DNA of 63,590 bases, filler included, from Reclinomonas americana ATCC 50394 (taxonomy: Eukaryota), in NCBI GenBank assembly GCA_048213135.1. It is 5 parts of 4 records of this genome, joined end to end, with 100 filler letters (N's around TTAATTAATTAA, not from the genome) between each part and the next. Parts side by side here need not be neighbours in the genome. Positions count along the whole stretch, not along the records: positions 1 to 15,719 come from PS015887.1; positions 15,820 to 38,336 come from PS015888.1; 3 more parts are not named here. One strand, 5' to 3'. The position numbers and the translations under genes are program-made. This document shows positions 13,501-25,166 of this stretch, one piece after another; position 1 is the stretch's first letter, and every line of letters starts with the position of its first letter. The notes beneath the pieces are model-generated. The model did not search any database. It was given only the letters and a program-made list of their open reading frames with translations, and was not told where the DNA came from.

Positions 13501-15558
13501 TGAGCGAAGCGGCGACACTCTCAACTTACCATCACGCAGGAGCGGATCTGTCTCCGGGCTGACGGTACAACTGCAGATGAGCCACGTCAACGCCTTGCAC
13601 ACGAGATCGTAATTCGACGAAGACAGTGAGAGCGGTCCCGCCTCGAGATTGTCGCGTAGCATGAGCAGGTACTGCCGCAAGTGTGTGAATAGCAAGTGAG
13701 TCTCCGGCGAGACAAACGGACGTGATGAAGGTGACGACGCAACGCTGTATCGACGCGAGATCAGAAACGAATTGTAGTCGATGTTGCGGGCAGGCATCGG
13801 GGTCCACACGCTTGCAAAAGTGGCCATGCGCGCGGCACCGATCTGTGCATCCACGCACACGTGAGAACCGTCAACAAACACGCCACTGTTGTTGTACTAT
13901 GACGAAACTCGGACGCGGGCCTCGGGGGGATCCTCGTCTGTGGTGGCCAGGGTGAACGCCGACGGATGCAGTGGTGCCAGCGGCTCGTCGGATTGACCAG
14001 TGACCAACACTACATCGACAAAACCCCATTCAGTTACACACTGCGTAGTTGAGGAGCAACATGAAAAACAGACGCAACCGCGCGATTCCACGTGTTGCAA
14101 GAGAACTTGATCTCTTGCGTTGAAAATGGACGCTTGTTGAAACATAGTCTGGTGCGCAGTGAGTTCGTGCAACGGGGCCAATCAGAGAGCAGACACAACG
14201 CACCGCGAGCTCTCCTCGGCGGAGCGTGAACAGGGCATTGCGGTCGGAACGATCCGGCGTCATGTACGTGCGCACCTGGTATCCGGAACACGACGACCCG
14301 ATCACTGGCTGGTCGGACTCTTCTGCAGAGAGATACACCGAGGTGGATCGGTAGCCGAGTGCGTCCATGGGAGCTGCACAAAGGCACACATGGGAAGAGG
14401 GAAACGGCACGGACATGAGCGGTCATTCTGACGCACTGGAGCGTGGTTGACAATTGCTCGACTCGTCCGTTTGCTCTCGAGATGGGGCTGGAAAGAGAAC
14501 GAAATTAAAAAACCAGTTGCGGGGGCGCTGTCATGTGTTCTTTCGGAAGAAGCAGCAGCAACGTACCGCCTCGCACGTCAAGGGCCAGATACTCGGCACC
14601 TACCAGCCGTCGCAGCCGGAACCGTTCACCGTACCTTACAGGTCCACCTGCACACGCCACCACGCACACCCGCGCAACGATCAGAGTTGTAACACGAGAA
14701 CACACATTAGACGTATGCGCTCACCGTGAATGGGATTCTCTGCGGTCAGCAAGCAAAAAGACGCCGAGTGTGAGTGGCTTGGAAATTTCACAAGTGGAGG
14801 GAGTTGGCGGTGAGTCAAACCATGCTCGAGTGCCCACAGGCCACAGCCGTTGGTGGTGGCAAGGTTAGGCGGCGCACCGACGGCGGCTAGGCGCGTCGAA
14901 GTGGGCGCCCGAACAATGTACACTGCGTGCAAGAAAAAGAGAGAGATTCAGAGCGACAAAAAATCGTGGACGACTAACACAATACTGGTGAACCTGTGGA
15001 CTCGCCCTCGAAAACACTACAACACAGGTGACCAGGAAACGCGTGGCAGTACAGCGTTGTTGGCGGTCCGTAGTGCAGCAGAATAGAGTCCTCTGGCGGT
15101 GAGTGCTTGAAATGCATGAAAAACTTCCAGCCGTCGGAGACTGCCGCCGCGCACACTTCGTGCCGAAGGTCGTTGGGAAGGCGAGACGGAGACACGTGCA
15201 GGCCGACATTGTGCTTGGTGCTTAGCAAGTGCACCGTATCCTCCGCACGGACACGATCACCCTCGCATCGACCCGGCGCACCGGGAAGGAGCGTAAACAC
15301 AGCGCCGGTGCCAGTTACAGCGCGCATGGCCACTCGGGAGGCATCGCGCCGGGTGACTGCCGCAGTCGAATTTATCACTGTCAGGAACATGTTGCTGCGC
15401 ATGTGCCGCAGCTGGCAATTGTTCGCCGGTCAGCGGGAAGTGGAGGGAGGTGCAAGAGCATATACACGCACCATCAGCACACCCCCGTACACGCAATACC
15501 GGCCTCGCATGCGCGCCTCTTCTTCCTGATTCATTTTGACTTCTTGCAGGGCGCGGGA
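4592..15558 (-). CDS. ITPR: Inositol 1,4,5-trisphosphate receptor (IP3R/RyR-superfamily Ca2+ release channel), 40+ exons; the extreme 5' end is lost in the gap at 15720
   Basis: N-terminal YGGVLM|LRHMRSNMFLTV suppressor/MIR motif; MIR-like VRYGERFRLRRL; MQGPCESNQNAL and ATMLLTLLEG (RIH-associated); TM region; RVFFDLVFWAIITVLMLNIFLAQILDTFSALRSE..DKRTNCYICGLESTVFE..F..H..NDH..YILFIIHL C-terminal signature. Confidence 0.93.
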
Positions 15559-15819
15559 CTGTGGGGGTGAGGGAGGGAGAGGGAGAGTGAGGGAGAGGGG
15601 AGAGGGAGAGAGGGAGAGGGAGAGGGAGAGGGAGAGGAGGAGAGAGGGAAGAGGGAGAGGGAAGAGGGAAGAGGAAAGAGGGAGCGGGAGAGGGAGAGGG
15701 AGAGGGATGAGGGAGAGAGNNNNNNNNNNNNNNNNNNNNNNNNNNNNNNNNNNNNNNNNNNNNTTAATTAATTAANNNNNNNNNNNNNNNNNNNNNNNNN
15801 NNNNNNNNNNNNNNNNNNN

Positions 15820-17538
15820 GTTGTTGCTGCTGCTGCTGCTGCTCCAAGTGGTGCAACTGCAACAGCCTCGGCTGCCGTGAGGGCGACGTAGTCTCCGACG
15901 TCTGCAGAGCCGCGGCCTGCTGTGCATGTTGCGCCGCCGCCGCCGCCGCCTGCTGCAGTTGTTGTTGTTGTTGTTGTTGTTGCAGCTTGTACTGCTGGTT
16001 CTTCAGCGACTGCGTGACCGACGGCGGGATCGGCAAAGGGAACGCCAGCGGCGGGAGAGGCGGCAATGCTGTCGGCGTGCTGGTGAGCGGCGCCGAGGGC
16101 ATGCGGTTGCCGCGCGACTCAGGAGACATGATATGATCGTCCTGCTGCATGCGCTCGGTGAGCACCGCCGATGCCAGCGGGCGCTCCGTGTTCGCGGCCA
16201 CCGCACGCCGACGATTCGGCGGCTGGCGTTGTTGCTGTCGGCGCTGGTTCTGCTGCTGTTGTTGTCGGTGTCGCGATGCAGAACGACCTTGGCTTTGCGC
16301 GACCAGCTCATGGTCGTCATCGTCAATCTCCAAACTCGCCACCTCGTCCTCATCCTCGTCTTCCGCCTCCTCTTCTTCGTCCTCGTCGACAACGAGAGCA
16401 TCTTCATCGTCGTCGTCGTCGTCATCCTCTTCCGGTTCCGGATAGTCATGGTCGGCCACCAACTGCCGTGCAACTGCCGCCAGGGCGACTGCCGCCCGGT
16501 GGCTGCTGGCCCGTCGGCTGCGGCGCGGTGCCAAATCCACTTCGTCAGTGAGTGGCGTGCCGTCGTACGACATTCGTGGCNNNNNNNNNNNNNNNNNNNN
16601 NNNNNNNNNNNNNNNNNNNNNNNNNNNNNNNNNNNNNNNNNNNNNNNNNNNNNNNNNNNNNNNNNNNNNNNNNNNNNNNNNNNNNNNNNNNNNNNNNNNN
16701 NNNNNNNNNNNNNNNNNNNNNNNNNNNNNNNNNNNNNNNNNNNNNNNNNNNNNNNNNNNNNNNNNNNNNNNNNNNNNNNNNNNNNNNNNNNNNNNNNNNN
16801 NNNNNNNNNNNNNNNNNNNNNNNNNNNNNNNNNNNNNNNNNNNNNNNNNNNNNNNNNNNNNNNNNNNNNNNNNNNNNNNNNACCTTGTTGCTGGCGTGGC
16901 ATCGCAACAAGATAATGAGCTCATCCTCGGCCGTCGTCCACTCGTCGCTTCTCACGTTGGGATCCAGGTGATTCCAGTAGCGCTCTCGGCACTGTTTGCC
17001 GACGCGACCGGAGCCGAGCATACGCGCCACCAGCGACCAGCGACTCGTGCCTTGCACAATCACCAGCTGGATGTCAACGAGGAGAGACAAGTCAGCGACC
17101 AAAGAAAACGAAATGAGAGAGCGTAAAAAGCATGCGCAACTCGACGCAGGCGCTCGTCTTCCTCGGCAGTCCACACGCGCTTCGAGGAGCCGGAGCGCTG
17201 GAAACGACCTGTGTGTGCCCGCGGTGAGTGGTCAAGGGAGAGGGAGGTGGAAAGAGAGAGGAGAAGGAAAGGGAGAGGAGAAGGAGAGGGAGAGGGAGAG
17301 GAAGACGGAGGGGGAGGTGGAAAGGGAGAGAGAGAAGGAAAGGAAGAGGGAGGTGGAAAGGGAGGCAGGGGAAAGCAAGAGGAAACGCACGTTCTTGCGT
17401 GTTCTCAATCACTTGCAGCAGCTCTGATGCGGTGGCCGATGTTCCCATGGGGCTCGACTCCGACGATGCGTTGTCACCGCCGCAGTCGGTCACATGGGCG
17501 ACGCCACCGGCCGGCGACATGAGCATGGGCGACGACAT
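15820..17538 (-). CDS. Myb-family (R2R3-like) transcription factor with acidic and polyQ C-terminal region; interrupted by gaps
   Basis: VWTAEEDERLRR|LVIVQGTSRWSLVARMLGSGRVGKQCRERYWNHLDPNVRSDEWTTAEDELII; downstream acidic and polyQ frame at 15820-16580. Confidence 0.85.
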
Positions 17539-18149
17539 GGTGGTTGGTGGTGGTGGTGGTGGTGCTGGGGGTGGTAAAGGCTGGAGGGTGTCAGTGGGTA
17601 AAGGTCTGCGCACAACCAGCGAGAGAAAAAATTCAATGCCGCGAATTAAGCAACCACAACACCCACAAAGCAGGCTTCACCAAATGGACAGCGCACAACA
17701 AGGAAAGCAGCAGTGATGCGAGGGGTGCGCATGTGCAGCGCGCGATGACCGTTCAATTGGAGGTGGACGTGGGAGAGGGACGGAGAAGGGGGAGGAAAGG
17801 GAGGAAGGTCAGAGGGGGAAAGAAAAGGAAGGGGAGAGGAAACCAAGGTGAGTTGGAGCGATTCCTTGGTCGAGACAAGTAGAGCACCGATAAAGGATGC
17901 AAAGTGAGGGAAAATGTGCGGAGAAAAACATGATTGATGCGGGGAGGACGGTGAAGAGAGAGGAGGAAAGGGTAGGGAGAAGGGAAGGGGGGAGGGAGAA
18001 GGGAAGGGAGAAGGGAAGGAGAGAAGGGAAGGGAGAAGGGAAGGGGGAGGAAGAAAGGAAGGGAGAAGGGAACGGAGAAGGCAGAAGGGAAAACGAGGGA
18101 AAGAGGAAGGCAGAGGAGAGTGCGAGGGCGGAGAAAGGAAGAGGGACGA

Positions 18150-18750
18150 GAGGAAGAAGAACAAGTGCATGATGTGAGAAACGAGGTTTTGCACAAGAGC
18201 ACAAACTGGATGAAGGGAAAGGAGGCGAAGCGCAAGCAGAAGAGGAGCAAAGAGAGAAGAGAGACAATGAGAGTAAGAGAACAAGCTCGAGTGCATGATG
18301 TGAGTAACAGGAGGTTTTGCACGGGAAAACAAGAAGAATGCAGAGGAGAGCAAGGGGAAGGGTGGGAGAGCGGGGAGAAAGAGAGAAGAATGGAAAACGC
18401 TGAGGACGAAAAAGGGAAGAGCTCAGGGGCGAAGAAAGCCGGGCGCTCATGGTGAAAGAAAGAGTCTTTGCACAGGAGGAGCACAAGGAGGGCGAGAACA
18501 TGAGAGGCCAGAGAGGAGAAAAGAGAAAGGGTCAAACAAGGCGGTTCTCGTGATGTGGGAAAGACAAGAGCACAGGAACACAAGGAGAATGAAGAGGCCA
18601 GAGAGGCAGGGAAGAAAAGAGATAGAACAGTACAAGGCGGCGGTTCCCCTGATGTGAGAAAGACAAGAGCACAGGAATACAAAGCACGAAGAACATGAGA
18701 GGCCAGAGAGGAGAAAAGAGAAAGCACAAACAAGGCGGTTCTCCTCAGAC
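18150..18750. repeat. Degenerate purine-rich tandem repeat
   Basis: Recurrent gtgcatgatgtgag, gagaggccagagaggagaaaagagaaag, agacaagagcacaggaa and caaggcggttc. Confidence 0.7.
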
Positions 18751-19599
18751 AAGATGATGCGCACAGGTACGCAGAAAGATGAGAAACAGAGAGAGAAGAC
18801 TCGCAAAAGATAACAACGGAGAATCAAGGAAAGCGGGAAAGAGCACACCAGAGTGGAAGGTGAGAGAACAGGCAGTGGAAGCGAAAAGCCGCATCTGCGA
18901 TGACGAGCAACACAGAGAGAGAGAAAGAGAGGAGAAAGAACCAAAACACAGCAAGTATTTGGCGGAAAAGCCATCAAGTGCAAACACGCAAAAAGGAAGA
19001 GGATTGACGAGGTGCGCGCGGGTAATGATTGTGTGTGAGTGTGAGTGTGTGTGTGTGCAATGATGTTGGGAAAAAAAGGAGATGAACACACGAGATCTCG
19101 GACGCTGATCATTGTGCGAGAGAAAGCATTCTCATGAACACAGTGACAGGGGCGCGCTTATGTGAAGCGATCATAGACACCCACTACATGTGTGAGCGTG
19201 GGAAAAAAAGGAAGAGCGCAGGGGACTCAAAGAGAAGAGAGGAGCGTTTTCTCGCCCTTCGAACACGAGAAATCGAACACATGGACCCGCCGCTCCTCTC
19301 ACACACACTCACACACTCTCACCGCAACACACTGGAGACCTCTGCGCGTGCGCGCTCTATCAGGCACTTCAATTGCTCACACAGCGCAAGAGAGAAGAAC
19401 ACGCAATAGGAGAACACTCACACTTGATCAGCGCGAGAGCATTGAATGTGCAGTTCACTCTCGGAAGAAGCAGGAGAAGAACAGAGGCGATGCTCGCTCA
19501 CAGTGTGCGCGTGTGCGTTTGTGTGTGAGAGAGAAGGGGAGGGAACTCGTGACAAGAGTGGTGTATATGTACGTTGCAACGGACTTGGCGCGCGCGCTC

Positions 19600-20454
19600 A
19601 CCTCTTGTGTGTCAACAGATCGCCTCTTGCACCACCAGACCAGCAAGAGCGCCACTCGCTTCTACTGTTGCTCACTTGGCGCACGCGCCTCACCACGTGT
19701 ACACGTGTGCGTGAGTGTGTGGCGTGGGTGTGTGAGGTTACTATGACTTCTCTCGCCTCGCAAATGAGATTGTTGGAGTGGGTGCAATTGAGGAGATGAT
19801 TGCGCGCGCTCGTCGGCCAACTGCATCTTCGTTGTGCACGCGCGGCAGGTACCCTTTCCGGTGGCGGGAGGCGTGCCGTACTTCAAAATGGCCACGGTGG
19901 ATCGTGCCGGTCATGATTGAAGGGGATCCGGAGAGTGTGGCTGTGCAAGTTGAGCTGCAAAATGAATTCGCATGTGTGAGCTCGTGAATCTGACACTGCG
20001 TGTTGTGTCTCTGCGGTCTGTGTACCCACCAGTGCCACGTACTTGATCCACGCTGTAGGTGGGGCGTCTGAGAGCACCAACAATGATTTTCGAACTCGTG
20101 GACAACTGTTTGTTGTGGTTTTGCGCCATGCAGGATTCGGTGCGTCGTGTTGCAACCGCAACCAGGCGCAAGGCAGGTGCACCGGCTTTGGGCCGTTGCC
20201 GCATGCACGATTCGGTGGGGGACCGGGTCAAGGGCAAGCTGAAGGGACGAGACAGCAGCTGCTGGGTCCGGGTCCGGATCAGTCCATCACTGCATGAAGG
20301 CAAAAGCCTCTTGCTGTCCGTCGAAGCTGTTCTCGTATGCAGGATTCGATGGAAGAGGCGCGTGGGTCTGTTGAATGTCAGAGGGGAGAATAAGGGCATG
20401 AGAGAGGAAGGAGACCGCAGCTGCGTCCGGTTCCTTGCTTTCGTTGGTATCTGA
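19600..20454 (+). CDS. Hypothetical multi-exon protein (boundaries uncertain)
   Basis: Short frames linked by plausible splice sites (EMIARARR..VELQNEF|gcatgt..tag|VGRLRAPTMIFELV); no recognisable motif. Confidence 0.3.
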
Positions 20455-21119
20455 AGGCAGCGGCCGAGGGAAAGGCGAAGCCGCGGCGCGAATGCTTGAC
20501 TCTCTGTGGAGCTGGACGAAGAGTTGGGAGGCGCACAAGCACGAGTGGGGATACATCGCTGCTATTGCAGAAGGCCAAGGCCGAGGGAATGCTCTCGCTC
20601 TCCTTCGAAGCCACTGGAGGCAACAGCAGCGGGCACATGGCCGAAGAGCCGGGAGAAGCGCGAGAACACGAGGGAGGAAAACAACGGTGATGGTTCTCGT
20701 GTATCGCTGCGGTCGCTGAGGGCCGCTCTTGATGTCGGATGCTTGATTCTGCGCGCGTTTAGTGGAGCGTGCCAGGAATTCAGTCGATGTACAAGAGAAA
20801 GGAGAAGCAACCCACCTCCAGAGGAGCACCCAAACCGTGATCACCGCTGCAAACGATGCAAAGCGAGGGCCAAGTGCTCGTGCACACGCAACACAAAGTA
20901 CCATCTCGGGCGCTGCTGATCCCGGCCAGCGACAGAGAGGATCATGCAGCGTTGCCTCGCTGAGCGTGATGCCAATCACAACAAGAGGGAGAACGCACTG
21001 CAACACACCACAACAAGCACTTCACTACCACCCCTCCTCTTCACGATACACATACAATAAACGCCACTGTGCGGGGGTGATCCGCACACCGCGCGGTGGC
21101 CGGAAAAAATCGACGAGTA

Positions 21120-21566
21120 TCACCACCCTCGCAAAGTAATAGCAAATTGATCCCACTCCTTCACAGCTGCGTGGCTGTGAGACATGATGCATAAGAGCTG
21201 CGCTTCCAGTGTGACCAAAAGCCGCTCAACATCCTCTGCGACTTCCATCTTCGGCAGGCAAGCAGCAAGCACTCGCCGCATCGCCATCTCTGTCTCTTGT
21301 GCCTCCTGCGTGCGCTGCGCCATCATGCAGTCGTTGTAGTACAACACCACATACATGTGGTTCCCGGTCGCTTGCACCCCAGCAATCGTCTCCGGCTTGA
21401 GAAAGGGATTGCTCGCCGGGTCCACGTACCGCCTATTGTCGGAGAAGTACTCGAACTCCGCCGCGAAATGCCTGTCGCGCATCGCTTGCTGCGAAGGAGT
21501 GCGAGTGTGCGGGTTGCTGTAGGAGGCGACGAGTTCTTCGAAAGTCAGGTCATCGCAGGTCGACAT
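21120..21566 (-). CDS. Unknown ~148-aa protein, tandem paralog A (intronless)
   Basis: Shares MRDR...EY.SDN.RYVDPASNP.L.PE.IA..QA.GNH..VVLYY..CM and L.T..AQL..KEW.QFA with the ORF at 22373-22831. Confidence 0.7.
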   Translation of the reverse strand: MSTCDDLTFEELVASYSNPHTRTPSQQAMRDRHFAAEFEYFSDNRRYVDPASNPFLKPETIAGVQATGNHMYVVLYYNDCMMAQRTQEAQETEMAMRRVLAACLPKMEVAEDVERLLVTLEAQLLCIMSHSHAAVKEWDQFAITLRGW

Positions 21567-22372
21567 GGATTTGATTCGTGGCGAGAGGTCCCGCAGGGCG
21601 ATGCTCGCTGTCGAGTGGACGTCGAGTGCACCGCAACCAGACGCAAGCCAGAGGAGGAACGACGACGTACTGGACCGCATGCAGACTCATGATCATGTCG
21701 GAAAATGGCCAACGGAAAGGCGAAGCCACTGCCGGATGCTTGATTTTATATGGACGAAACAGCAGCGGGCCGGGGGGTGGGGGTGGGGCGGGAAGAGTTC
21801 AAGAGCACGAGGGAGAAAAGCAACGCTTACGACGGTCCACCTGCCTTCGCCGACGCGGCTGAAGGCAAAGGCCGAGGGGAAAGCTCTCGATCTTCTTCGA
21901 AGTCGCCGGATGCTTGATTTTCTGTGAAGGCAACAGCAGCGTGCAACAGGGCGGAGAGCCGGGAGGGTCACAAGAGCACGAGTCATGAAAACAAAGACGT
22001 CCTCGTATTTTGCTGCCGTTGCCGATGGGCAAGACCGCAGCGCTCTTGATCTCTTTCGTAGCCACTGCCGAAAGCTTGAGATTCTGCGTGCGTGTAGCGC
22101 CGTGTGCCAGCAAGTCAGTCGATGATCAACGATGAGGCGCCAGAGAATGGAGAAGCAACCCACCTCCAGAGGTGCGCATCCGTGTTCTCACTGCAGGCAC
22201 CGCTGAACACGAAGTGATACAAGCACCGCCAAGTACCGCCATCTCGCACACGGATCGCCGCCAGCCGCAGTGCTGACCTGCCCAGAGCGAGAATGCACCG
22301 CAATACAATACAACAAGCACTTCACTGCCATCTCTCCTCTTCACCACACGCCACTGCACGCTGCGGGGGCAA

Positions 22373-22831
22373 TCATCGGCCGCCACTGTCGCCACCTCCC
22401 AATGCCGTCGCAAACTGACGCCACTCCTTCAGTCCTTCTTCGGAGTGACAGCGGAGACATTCGAGCTGCGCGTCCATGGTAAGCAAACACTCCTCGATGC
22501 GCTGCATATGGCCGATCGCCACCACGTCCATTTCACGACGCAAACGCAGCCAGTTGCGCAGGCAATCCATCGAGCTCATCACCTGCTGCATCTCGTACGC
22601 GCGCATCGCCGTCATGCATTCGCTGTAGTACAACACCACCATCACGTGATTGCCGCTCGCCTGCAGCGCGGCAATCACCTCCGGCTGGAGCGCGGGATTG
22701 CTCGCCGGGTCCACGTAGCGCGTGTTGTCGGAGTAGTACTCAAGCTGCGTCTCGTAATACCTGTCGCGCATCTCTCGCTGCGGCGGCGTACACTTGTACG
22801 GGTCGTGGTAGAAGGAGACGTGCGTGAACAT
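22373..22831 (-). CDS. Unknown ~152-aa protein, tandem paralog B (intronless)
   Basis: Paralog of 21120-21566; the flanking DNA is also duplicated. Confidence 0.7.
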   Translation of the reverse strand: MFTHVSFYHDPYKCTPPQREMRDRYYETQLEYYSDNTRYVDPASNPALQPEVIAALQASGNHVMVVLYYSECMTAMRAYEMQQVMSSMDCLRNWLRLRREMDVVAIGHMQRIEECLLTMDAQLECLRCHSEEGLKEWRQFATALGGGDSGGR

Positions 22832-22867
22832 TGATAGACGACTGAGAGGTGTCCTGTGTCTTCGTTA

Positions 22868-25009
22868 ATGGCGTTGCACGTGACAGGTGCGTCGCCTCCT
22901 CCACCACGACGTCCACTCGCTCCCTCTCACTGCTCACTCACAGGACTCGCTGGCTCCGGCAAGCACACGCTGCTGGTGCAAACGCGCGCCTCCTCCTTCT
23001 CCTTGTCCTCGTCACTGGAGTCCGCGTTCTGGGTGCATCACTTTACGCCGGCACTGCTGCAGCTGTTGGAGAGTGCGACGCAGGAGGTTGATGGGGCGTT
23101 GCAGGTGGAGGCGTTGGAGGCGGCGGGTGTGCTGTTGAAGCGGCTGGAGGAGTGTTTGGTGGAGGTGGGAGAGGGGCAGGCGGAGGAGGAGCTGCGGCGG
23201 TGTGCGGAGGCGGTGGTGCGGGTGTGTCGGGAGCATGGGTTGGTGGGGGTGGTGTGGAGGGATGCAGGTGGGTGGGTGGGGAAAGGAGGAGGGAGGGAGG
23301 AGGGAGGGTGAAGGGAGATGAATGCAGAGGCTCTGTGAGGGTGGCAGATAAGGAGGAGTGGATGAGGACAGCTCTCTCTCTCCTCGCAAAGCTTACTGTG
23401 AGTTCTTTCTTGGAAGACAAGGAGAATCAGATCAATGTCTTGGGAGAGAAATGCTTTCTGTATCCTTTCCATGTTGCTAATGTCTTGTGCCTTGGTGATC
23501 AAACAAGCAAGTTGTGAGACTTCTTTCTCGAGTTGTCTGCGTTGTTGGCAGCAGGGCTAACGAGGAGTGGATGGAGAAAGCCTTGCTCTCTTGTCTCTTG
23601 TCTCTCTCTCTCTCTCTCTCTCTCCCTCTCTCTCTCCCTCTTGCCGCATCTGGTCTGCGAGTATCAAGTATTTGGGAATCGCACTTGGCTGCCTCCTCTC
23701 TTCCCTCGCTTGCTGTTGCCATTGAGGTTGTTTTTCTGCAGCAAGCGCAAGGAATCTCTCTCCTCCTGTCTCGTGCTTTGCGATCAACGAAGCAGACGGA
23801 GAGAGAGTCTTGCATTTCTTTCCCCGTTTTTTTCTGAGACAACTCGCTCCGTCGTCCCCCCCCCCCCTCCGCAGTCGTGCAGAACGCCTTTGCCTTGAGA
23901 CATCACACGGCGCCTGGGTGTCCATCGTGGCTGGCGTAGTTTCGTTTTTTTGCCTCCCCCTTCGCACATTCGCGATTCCGACTTCTCATCGTTCGTGTGG
24001 CGCAGCGTTCTCGACCAATTCGACCGCCTCGCCACACCCGGCGCACGACTGACCGCCGAGGATGTGGCGCGCCTCGGATCCGTTCTGCACCCACAGCTAC
24101 TGGCGGAACCAGTGTCGCTGCCCGACGGCACCACGTGCGTCCACTTTCCCCCATCCTTCGCCTCCTCGCAGCTCATCACACACTCTCCACACAGCCTCGT
24201 CACCGACTCGAGTCTTGCCGCTGCCTCCGCCTCCGTTGACACAATTCTCTTCCTGTGCGCCGCCTCTGACCTCGCGCAGCTGCCGGCCGCCCTCGATGCC
24301 TTCCAGCAACTGTGCACACGCCACAAGAGAGTACCGCACATTGCCGTGGCGCTGACGCACACCGACGCACTGTTTCTGTCGCTGCCACCCGATTCGGCGC
24401 TGCCAATGAGTGCCGCCTTTGATGCGCACGGGCAGGTGTCGTGGGAGGGCGTGGTGTTTCCGTCACACCGGTTGTCGTTCTTGCCGCGTGAGTTGATGGC
24501 GTCGTCGCCGGCGGGCACGTTGCGGGAGGACGAGTGGTATCGCACAGGGCAGGCGATGCAGGCCGCGATGGTGGAGCCAGGTGTGTGCGTGAGTGGCAAA
24601 GGAGCGGGAGACACTTCCTCCTCACTCTTGTGTACTTGGCAGACGCCGTGGCGCTGGCCATGGAACGCCGCCCTGGCTGGATTCCGCTCCCACGACGCGA
24701 GCGACAACGGTATGCCGAGGCACTCCGCCAGCTGTGCCCCGAGTTCGAATGCGGCGATGAGGACGACCTGGCGGGTGTGTGTGTGTGTGTGTGCATCGGT
24801 GCAAGCACAAGGAGTGGTGCGTCTCACACTGACGTGTGCGCACAGACTTCACGATCCTGAACGCGCTGGCATGCGAGGCCAATGCCTTTCGCGAACGCGC
24901 GGCTGGCCGCGACTTGCGGATATTCGCCGTCAACATGCTGGATCAGGACGACGCGGTGGCGCTGGTGCAGTCGTTGGTGGAGGAGGAAGGGGGTGGCGTG
25001 ACGAAGTAA
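22868..25009 (+). CDS. Highly divergent heterotrimeric G-protein alpha-like protein (probable pseudo-GTPase), 6 exons
   Basis: G-alpha motifs in collinear order after splicing: LHVTG|LAGSGKHTLL (P-loop); WRDA|VVQNAF (cf. LWxDxGIQxxF); VLDQFDRLATPGARLTAEDVARL (cf. YFLDNLDRIxxPxYxPTEQDVLR); VDTILFLCAASD (cf. VTAIIFCVALSEY); LDAFQQLC; IAVALTHTDALF (cf. IILFLNKxDLF); LRQLCPEF; IFAVNMLD (cf. HFTCATD). Confidence 0.7.
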
Positions 25010-25166
25010 ACAATTAAGCGCAAGGTGATTGTGAAATCAACGAACACTATATTGCGATAAGGAAAGAAGCAAAGCATACATCAGAGAAACTCCACAGAGG
25101 AGCATAAAAACGCATGAAAAGTCCGCTGTCGAACGAAAGCACATAGCGCAATTCCTGAAACTGCAA

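Noticed and set aside
15764..15776. TTAATTAATTAA inside N runs (also ~38381, ~58030, ~62068)
   Set aside because: Artificial all-frame-stop spacer marking gaps of unknown size; not biological.
17646..19112. Long hydrophobic or low-complexity ORFs (also 51805-52656, 52736-53536, 58483-59160)
   Set aside because: Translations of CT/GA-rich intronic or intergenic repeats.
19800..19895. PARP-zinc-finger-like peptide (KYG..TGKGTCRAC) on the minus strand
   Set aside because: In-frame stop just upstream, no second half of the finger, and it overlaps a plausible plus-strand gene.
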